Shown: in pieces, positions 53,863-64,000 of the stretch
Layout: the number at the start of each line of letters is the position of its first letter
How positions within the stretch are numbered: the stretch's first letter is position 1
Assembly: GCA_009914755.4 (NCBI GenBank)
Contig: CP068257.2
Location: 2,880,001-2,944,000 of the forward strand
Origin: the human T2T-CHM13v2.0 reference genome, Homo sapiens
Direction: 5' to 3'
Length of the DNA: 64,000 bases
Translations under genes and position numbers: made by a program
The notes under the pieces: generated by a model
Seen by the model: the letters and a program-made list of their open reading frames with translations, nothing else
Database searches by the model: none
What the model was told of the DNA's origin: nothing

Positions 53863-54095
53863 TTTTTTTTTTTTGACAGGGTCTTGCTCTGTCACCCAGG
53901 CTGGAGTGCAGTGGCACAATCTCTGCTTACTCAAGCTCTGCCTCTCAGGCTCAACTCAAACAATCCTCCCACCACAGCCTTCTGAGTACCTGGGACCACA
54001 GATGTGCACCACTACTCCTGGCTAACAGTTGTTATTTTGCATAGAGACAGGGTTTTGCCATGTTGCCCAGACTAGTCTCAAAATCCTAAGAACTG
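53863..54095 (-). mobile_element. Old Alu (partial).
   Basis: tttttttttttttttgacagggtcttgctctgtcacccaggctggagtgcagtggcacaatctctgcttactcaagctc... Confidence 0.8.
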
Positions 54096-55274
54096 TAGGT
54101 ATTTTCTTTGTTGTTACTATAGATATTACCAAGAATAACTACTATTGCATATAAAACCCTGCCTCTTTATGGCTCCCTATGTGTTTTATTGATGTCACAA
54201 ATTATATCATTTTGTGTTGTGAATCTATTGGCACAGATTTATAGTCATTTTTAAGTCTTTGTTATCTCAAATATATAGCAGAATTAAAGTATTCTGTGCA
54301 TCTTCATTATAATTACAAAGAATATTATGATTGTGTACATAATTTTCTCTATTAGAAAAGGTCATATTTTACATAATTTTGTGTTGCTCTCATCATTATT
54401 TCATTTTTTAATATGAATGACTATTTAGCATTTTTTAAGACAGGCCTAGTGGGTATAAATTTATACAGTTTTTGTTGATCTTGAATATTCTTTATTTTTA
54501 TTTTTTAATTCATTTGAAATGATAGTTTTGGCAGACATAGTGTTCTTGGCTGGTACTTGCCATTTTTTCAGCACTTTGAGTATGTCATCCTACAACCTCT
54601 TACCTGTAAGTTTTTTTGCTGAGACATCTGCTGGTCATCCTGCAGGGGTAAACTTGTACATGCTAAGTCACTTTTTTCTTGCTGACTTCAAGATTCTCGG
54701 TGTTTTAACTTTTGAATCTCTGATTATAATGTGTCTTGTCATGGGTCTCCCTGTGTTGTTACTAGTTAGAGTTGGTAAAGTTTCATTAAATTTTAGGTCA
54801 TTTTCTCCCTCAAATTCTGAGTTCTCTGTCACTGTTTGTTTCTTGAAATAACTTTGCTGCTCTCTTTTCTCTTTTTATTTTAGAATTCCCATTATGAGTA
54901 TATTGGCCATCTTAATGGTATCCTATAAGTCCCTTAGGCTCTCTTAATTTTTTAAATTATTTTTAGCCTCCTCACCCTATAATTTCAAATGACTTCTTAT
55001 GAGGCTTGCTGAATTTTTTCCTGCTAGATCAAACCTGTTGTTGGACCTTCTAGTGAATCTCTAAACTCAGGTATTTTACTTTTCAGCTCTACACTTTGTT
55101 TCTATTTTGCACTTTTAATCACTTCTTTGATAATCTCATTATCTTCATGCATTGTTTTCTTTTTCTGTTTAGTTTTCTATATTCTTCTTTAGCTGACTGA
55201 GCATCTTTAAGCTAGGTGTTTTAGCCAGGCACAGTGACACTTGCGTGTAACTCCAGCTACTTTGAAAGCTAAGG

Positions 55275-55610
55275 CAAGAGGGCTACTGTATTAATCCATT
55301 ATCATGCTGATAATAAGGACATAAACAAGACTATGTAATTTATCATGAAAAAAGGTTTAATGGCCTCTCAGTTTCACATGGTTAGGGAGGTCTCACCATT
55401 ATTGGAACAAGCAAGAGACTGTTCAGGGGAACCTCCACTTATAAAACCATCAGATCACATGAGACTTATTTGTTATCATGAGAACAGCACGGGAAAATCC
55501 CACCCCCATGATTCAATTACCTCCCACAGGGTACCTCCCAGGACATATGGGGATTATTACAATTTAAGATGAGATTTGATTGGGGACACAGAGCCAAACC
55601 CTATCAATTA
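55275..55610 (-). mobile_element. THE1/MST (MaLR) LTR.
   Basis: Reverse complement of the THE1 consensus: tgtattaatcc...ataataaggacat... at one end and ...cacccccatgattcaattacctcccacagggtacctcccaggacatatggggattattacaatttaagatgagatttgattggggacacagagccaaaccctatca at the other. Confidence 0.65.
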
Positions 55611-55839
55611 CTTAAAGCCAGGAGTTTGAGACTACCCCGGGCAATATTGTGAGAAGCTATTGGTAAAAAATATTTTCACATATTACTCAGGCATTGTGGA
55701 ATGTTCCTGTAGTCTCAGGAAGTTGGAGGCTGAGGTAAGATTATTCCTTGAGTTCCCCAGGAACTTGAGGCTGCATTGAGCTATAATCATGGTATTGTAT
55801 TCCTGTCTGGGTGAGAGAGTAAGACCTCTTTTTAGCATT

Positions 55840-57700
<1,861 letters not shown>

Positions 57701-57749
57701 TTATTTTACTATTAATGATTTAAAGCTATTTTTTCTTAAAAGAGAAACA

Positions 57750-58030
57750 ATTCCAGGTATGGTAGCTTGTGCCAGCACTTTCAGACTGAAGCAGTCGGAT
57801 TGCCTGAGACCAGGAGTTTGAGACCAGCCGAGGCAACACAGCAACATACTGTTTGTACAAATTTTTTTAAAGAAACTATACAGGAGGGGTAATGTGCACA
57901 ACTGTGGTCATATTTACTCAGGAGACATAGGAGGCATGACTGCTTGACTTCGAAATTTGAGGTTACAGTGAGCTGTGATTCCACCAGTGTACTCTGTCCC
58001 AGGAGATAAAGTAAGATCCTCTGCATAAAA
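57750..58030 (+). mobile_element. Old Alu (AluJ-like).
   Basis: ccaggtatggtagcttgtgccagcactttcagactgaagcagtcggattgcctgagaccaggagtttgagaccagcc... Confidence 0.75.
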
Positions 58031-59274
58031 TGAAAAAGTAAAGAAAAATAAAAAGATTTTAAGTTAAAAAAATAATTCCTAGATCTCCACTTCTTTAGGT
58101 TCACTTGAATATATATTTTTCTCCTTTGATTAGGTTATATTTCCTGGTTGCTTTTACTTACTGTAGTTTTGTTAAGGTTTTGATCAATTAAGAAACCACT
58201 ACCTATTTTATCCTTTATGAAAGAGCTTTATACATGGGAAAATTGACAACATTCAGCCACAGTAGTCATACTGGGAGCTTCTCCAATCTGTTGTCAAAAT
58301 GTGTCTTCTTTGGACTACTGTATGTATTTTCTTGTTAATAAGGTTTACCTCTGTTTCCTCTTAGGAGCCTTTAGTCTCTTCCCTTCGTCACTGTTGTAGG
58401 CACTACAGTCTCTGTTGTTGTAAGAAGCATTTATCTTTATTCTCAGTTGACCCAAGCTGTCATTTAAACTCAGTCTCTATTCTCATCAACACTAAATGTT
58501 AAAGGAAGCAATTTCCAGTCTTTAGATAACCCCGGTATAACTCAGTAAGTCAGAAGTTTGCATACGCATTTCACTCTTTTTTCTTTCCCAAAGGAGAATC
58601 ATGGAATGGACAGATTTTTATCTAACTGCGCTGTTCTGTAGTGCACAAATGTGACCAAATTTTCTTCTAAATGTGGTTATGGTTGGCTTTTTTCTCATGT
58701 GGGGTGCTACAAACTCAACTGGCTTTGTTCACCCAATTGTAGTTAAGTTCATATGTCAATGGAGAGAAACAGGATCTCAGGTTCTGCTTAAACTGTCATT
58801 GTCTTCTCAGCTGACCTCATTTTGTACATTAGATTTATAAAATATATTTACTTTAATCTCATCACCGAATTTTTAAAAAAATTATTATTTTTCAGCTCTT
58901 TTAGCAATATATCCAATCAAGACCCAGAGAAAACAGTACATAGAAGCTTCTTTTCAAAAAGTAATATTGGGAAGATATGGGAGCTCTGGCCTTGAACTTT
59001 TACACTTAGGAGAGTGGGAAATTGAAGGATAAGTGTAAACGGCACAAAGTATGCTATGATGAATATACCAGATATACAGCAATTACCTACAGCAAAAATG
59101 TCACTGCTAGAAGAGCTCAAAACCATAAAGTATTTTGGAAAAAGCATAATTAATGTTGATTCTTTTTTCTGAACTATATATTTATATAATTACATACCAA
59201 TAACAATTTTTGAAACATATCATGTTTTTGAAACAAAATTTAGAAAATCGCAATAGTGGCCTAGGCCAGGAATA

Positions 59275-62200
59275 TTTCTTCTAATGCTATCCCTCCCATA
59301 GTCCCCCACTTCCCGACAGGCTCCAGTGTGTGATGTTCCCCTTCCTGTGTCCGTGTGTTCTCTTTGTTTAACTCCCTATTATGAGTGAGAACATGCGATG
59401 TTAGCTTTTCTACTCTTGTGTTAGTTTGCTAAGAATGGTGGTTTCCAGCTTCATCCATGTCCCTGCAAAGGACATGAACTCATCCTTTTTATGACTGCAT
59501 CGTATTCCATGATGTGGACATGCCAAGTTTTCTTTATTCAGTCTATCATTGATGGTCATTTGGTTTGTTTCAAAGTTTTTGCTCTTGTGAACAGTGCCAT
59601 AATAAACATACGTATGCAGGTATCTTTATAATAGAATAATTTATAATCCTTTGGGTATATACCCAGTAATGTGATTGCTGGGTCAAATGGTATTTCTCAT
59701 TGTGGATCCTTGAGGAATCACCACACAGTCTTCCACACTGGTTGAACTAATTTACACTCTCACCAACAGTGTATAAGTCTTCCTATTTTTCCACATCCTT
59801 TGTTGTTTCCTGATTTTTTTAATGATCACCATTCTAACAGGTGTGGGATGGTTTCTCATTGTGTTTTTGATTTGCATGTGTCTAATAACCAGTGATGATG
59901 TCCTTTTCTTCATTTGTTTATTGGCTGCATAAATGTCTCCTTTTGAGAAGTGTCTGTTCAAATCCTTTGCCCATTTTCGATGTTGTTGTTTCTTTTTTTC
60001 TTGTAAATTTGTTTAAGTTCTTTGTAGATTCTACATATCAGCCCATTGTCAGATGGATAGATTGCAGAAATTTTCTCCCATTCTTTAGGTTGCCTGTTCA
60101 CTCTGATATAGTTTTTTTTGTTGTGCAGAAGCTCTTTAGTTTAATTATATCTCGTTTGTCAATTTTGGCTTTTGTTGCCATTGTTTTTGGTGTTGTAGTC
60201 ATGAAGTCTTTGCCCATGCCTATGACCTGAATGGTACTGCCTTGGTTTTCTTCTGGGGTTTTTATGGTTTTAAGTCTTATGTTTAAGTCTTTAATCCATC
60301 TTCAGTTATGTTTTGTATAACGAGTAAGGAAGAAGTCCAGTTTCAGTTTTTTGCATATGGCTAGCTAGTTTTCCAACACCATTTATTAAATAGGGAATCC
60401 TTTCCCCATTACTTGTTTTTGTCAGGTTCATCAAAGATCAGATGATTCTAGATGTTGAGTGTTATTTCTGAGGCCTCTGTTCTGTTCCATTTGTCAATAT
60501 ATCTGTTTTGGTACGAGTACCATCCTGTCTTGGTTACTGTGGCCTTTTAGTATAGTTTGAAGACAGCTAGCATGATGCCTCCACCTTTGTTCTTTTTGCT
60601 TAGTATTGTCTTGTCTATGCAAGACCTTTTTTGATTCCATATGAAATTTGAAGTAGTTTTTTTTCTAATTCTGTGAAGAAAGTCAACGGGAGCTTGATGG
60701 GGATAGCAATGAATTTTTAAATTACTTTGGGCAATATGGCCATTTTCATAATATTGATTCTTTCTATCCATGAGCATGGATTGTTTTCATTTGTTTGTGT
60801 CCTCTTTCATTTCCTTGAGCAGTGGTTTGTAGTTCTCCTTGAAGTGGTCCTTTACATCATTTTTAAGTTGGATTCCTAGGTATTTTATTCCCTTTGTAGC
60901 AATTGTGAATGAGAGTTAACACATGATTTGGCTCTCTGTTTGCCTATTATTGCGTATAGGAATGCTTGTGATTTTTGAACATTGATTTTGTATCCTGAGA
61001 CTTTGCTGAAGTTGCTTATCAGTTTAAGGAAATTTTGGGCTAAGATGGTAGGGTTTTCTAGATATACAATCATGTCATCTGCAAACAAAGACAATTTGAC
61101 TTCTCTTCCTATCTGAATACGCTTTATTTCTTTCTTTCTTTGGCTGATTGCCAGAACTTCCAATACTATAATGAATAGGAGTGGGGAGAAAGGGTGTTCT
61201 TGTCTTGTGCAGGTTTTCAAAGGGAATGCTTCCAGTTTTTGCCCATTCAGTATGATATTAGCTGTGCATTTGTCATAAATAACTCTTATTATGTTGAGAT
61301 AGGTTCCATCAATACATAATTCATTGAGAGTTTTTACCATGAAGAGGTGTGGAATTTTATTGAAGGCCTTTTTTGCATCTATTGAGATAATCATGTGGTT
61401 TTTGTCATTAGTTCTGTTTATGTGATGGATTTTATTTATTGATTTGCATATGTTGAACCAGCTTTGTATCCCAGGGATTAAGCTGACTAGATCGTGGTGG
61501 ATAAGCTTTTTGATGTGCTGCTGGATTCGGTTTGCCAGTATTTTATTGAGGATTTTCGCATCGATATTCATCAGGGATATGGGCCTGAAATTTTCTTTTT
61601 CTGGTGTGTCTTTGCCAGGTTTTGGTTTCAGGATGATGCTGGCCACATAAAATGAATTAGGGAGGAGTACCTCTTTTTCTATTGTTTGAAATAATTTCAG
61701 AAGGAATGGTACCAGCTCCTCTTTGTACCTTTGGTAGAATTCGGCTGTGAATCCGTCTGGTCCTGGACTTCTTTTTGTTGGTAGGCTACTAATTACTGCC
61801 TCAATTTTAGAACTTGTTATTGGCCTATTCAAGGATTCGACTTCCTACTGGTTTGCACTTGGGAGGGTATATGTGTCCAGGAATTTATCCATTTCATCTA
61901 GATTTTCTAGTTAATTTGTAAAGAGGTATTTATAATATTCTCTAATGATACTTTTTATTTCTGTGGGATCAATGGTTATATCCCCTTTATCATTTCCTAT
62001 TGCATGTATTTGATTCTTCTCTTCTTCCTTATTAGTCTGGCTAGAAGTTTATTTATTTTCTTGATCTTTTCAAAAAACCAGCTCCTGGATTCATTGATTT
62101 TTTTGGACGGGCTTTTTGTGTCTCTATCTCCTTCAGTTCTGCTCTGATCTTAAATCTTGTCTTCTGCTAGTTTTTGAATTTGTTTGCTCTTGCTTCCCTA

Positions 62201-62320
62201 GTTTTTTTAATTGTGATGTTACGGTGTCGATTTTAGACATTTTTCTGCTTTCTCTTGTGGGGATTTAGTGCTGTAAATTTCCCTTTCAGACTACTTTAGC
62301 TGTGTCGTATTTTACTTTTT
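59275..62320 (-). mobile_element. 5'-truncated L1PA-type L1 (3'UTR plus about 3 kb of ORF2). It contains an open 315-aa reverse-transcriptase fragment at 60885-61832 on the minus strand.
   Basis: Reverse complement of the L1 3'UTR (ctaatgctatccctcccatagtcccccacttcccgacaggctcc...). The ORF-track protein carries L1 ORF2 RT motifs (...[33 protein letters not shown]...[12 protein letters not shown]...). Confidence 0.9.
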
Positions 62321-62899
62321 AAGCCCTCAATCTTTCTTTTTCATCATGATAGTCTTTACTGTTTTATGTTTATGTAATGTAAAATTGACTACACAATTTT
62401 TACAAAGATTTTATGAAAATATTTTATTGAGAATGTACAAACCTGTCAGTCAATTAGAGGAGAAGTTACACTGTCGTAATAAATAGCCACAAAGCAAAAC
62501 CCCAAAAGACATCCAAATCAGAATAAAACAAAACATTTTAACAAAAACAAAAAGAACAAACTGGCAACAAATATGTGAAGTTTATATTACAAAGATGCTC
62601 ACTTATCCACTCTAAAGAGAGCTTTTAGAATTTGATTTAAAATATGGCAAAGACATTATCCCACACTTCACAGAAAAAATAAATTTAAGCAGCTGTTAAC
62701 ACATGAATGTATTATCAAGCTCAGATATAATCAAAATTAAATATTTGACAAGAGATTCTACAGTTTGGGAGAAATAGAAGTGTTTTTTTCTTTTCCCCAG
62801 GCCCACAAGTCTAGTTTCTTGCTCTTCTTCACTATAATGGGGTTTGTCATCAGCTCCCCAAAATATGGGAAGCACAGAGCAGGTGGTGGCTGAAGGTGG

Positions 62900-64000
62900 G
62901 GTATCCTGTGAAACCATATTTAAGATCAGAGCCCTTGGTCCATTGTGTTGTAATCAGCTGGCTCAGGAAAGAACACCTGGCTGTCCAGAGCTCTACACCT
63001 ACTGCACTGGGTGTGAAAGGAGGCCTGAGAACCCATGGGTCCCAAACCCACCCCACTCCAAATTATCATCCAGTATTGAGAACTCTGACACCAAATTCTC
63101 ACAGAGCATATGTTTATGCAGTTTTACATTTAATTTCTCATTACATTACAATTGGGAAACTGAGGCCCCAGAAGAGGCAGAGACTGGTCCAGATCTCAGG
63201 AGGTGGGCAGGCTCCAGAGCATTAGAGAGGGCTCCAGCTTCCTAGGCCTTGGCTCCGTCCCACTTATCAGGTTTGTTTTCGAAATTAGAGTCTGTAGCTA
63301 CACATTCAGGAGCACAGAAAATGAGCAGATTCAGGGTTCTGTTCACATGGGACCTCTCCATGTCATTTTCAAGATAACAGGACTGGGGTTCTGCATCCAG
63401 CTCTGAGGGCAACTGGAAGTAAAATGAGCTATGCTCCACCTCAGCCTAATGTAGACAGTGCCTACAGGAAAGCCTGTTTTCTTCCTCATAAATAGGGGTG
63501 CCTGAAGTGGGTGACCTTGATGATTTCACATACTCATAAGTGTCTGCCAGCCTGGATTCTTGCTCTGAGACTGCAAAAATGCACCCACTCTGCAGATCCT
63601 TCAAATCAGAGGGAGGCATGGCCACTTGAGAGGCATCTTGGGTAGATGAAGATGAGACAGAGTTAAATGTGCCAGAGCACTGGACTCTGAGGCTGAGGTC
63701 CACGGAAAATCCCAGCTACTGTTGCGTTCTTAAGGTCCTCATTTGAAAGTGGTAGAAAATAATTTCACTGGATAAGGGGAGGATACCTCATGAGTAAATA
63801 GCACAACCAAAAAGGTGGAGGCAAAGAGAGGGCAAAACGGGATTCCTAGGTCACTCATTATACTTGGGGCCTTCAGATCCTGCTACTTTATCCCCTAGGA
63901 CCTTGAAGAACCAGTGTCTTGAGGACAGAAAAATCAAGGTATCAGATTTGTTCAGTAGTGCTCCTGCTTGGGGCTGTAGGGTTAGTGATGGCCAGGAGGT
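62900..64000 (+). repeat. Diverged paralogous copy (about 70-75% identity) of the palindrome-arm segment 17780-18830 (the same as the reverse complement of about 1250-2330).
   Basis: Eye alignments: 63170-63290 gaggcagagactggtccagatctcagg...gggctccagcttcctaggccttgg...cccacttatcaggtttgttttcgaaat matches 17800-17930 ggcaaagactggtccatatcccag...ggatccagcttccaaggccttgc...cccacccatcaggtttgctttggaaat. 63415-63560 ctggaagtaaaatgagctatgc...ctcataaataggggtgcc...catactcataagtgtctgc matches 18295-18440. The 63850-63900 window matches 18770-18810. Confidence 0.7.

Noticed and set aside
60885-61832. 315-aa open reading frame on the minus strand at 60885-61832 that could be mistaken for a gene.
   Set aside because: It is the reverse-transcriptase segment of a 5'-truncated L1 ORF2. 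There is no ORF1, no 5'UTR or promoter, and the ORF2 ends are missing, so it is annotated as part of the L1.

Overview
This window is primate (human-type) intergenic, repeat-rich genomic DNA, not a prokaryotic locus. It carries at least 18 Alu SINEs, several 5'-truncated L1 LINEs on both strands, MaLR/THE1-type LTRs, one HERV9 LTR12 solo LTR and several microsatellites. I found no operon, CRISPR array or tRNA/rRNA gene, and no protein-coding exon I can defend.

- **Large inverted duplication (palindrome).** Bases 1-7052 are the reverse complement of 12950-20110. Arm A runs off the window start. The arms are separated by an AT-rich spacer of about 5.9 kb. Arm identity is strongly mosaic at the points I spot-checked by eye: about 99.5% at 5900-6240, but only about 90% at 2380-2600. 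That pattern suggests patchy gene conversion or a composite origin.
- **Third, older copy of part of the arm.** Bases 62900-64000 are a roughly 70-75% identical copy of the arm B segment 17780-18830.
- **CTDSP2 retrocopy split by an LTR12.** An intronless, frameshifted pseudogene of the CTD small phosphatase CTDSP2 lies on the minus strand at about 39790-42990. A 1.32-kb LTR12 solo LTR at 40882-42200 splits it, with a 4-bp target-site duplication.
- **Orphan CpG island.** About 620 bp at 35580-36200 abuts an L1 3' end. It contains CCAAT and YY1-like motifs and an ATG-plus-GT-donor mini-exon.
- **Long GAA triplet tract.** A (GAA)n tract of about 40 units at 34556-34735 grew from an Alu tail nested inside an L1.
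- **Unique GC-rich block with protein-like ORFs.** Bases 26400-29500 on the plus strand hold a run of protein-like ORF fragments whose origin I could not identify.
- **Small structural oddities.** These include a T42 homopolymer, a (GTT)13 run, a TA-rich tract, a 33-bp minisatellite and a duplicated L1 terminus.

All coordinates are approximate (roughly ±10-30 bp). Identities come from eye alignment, not computation.
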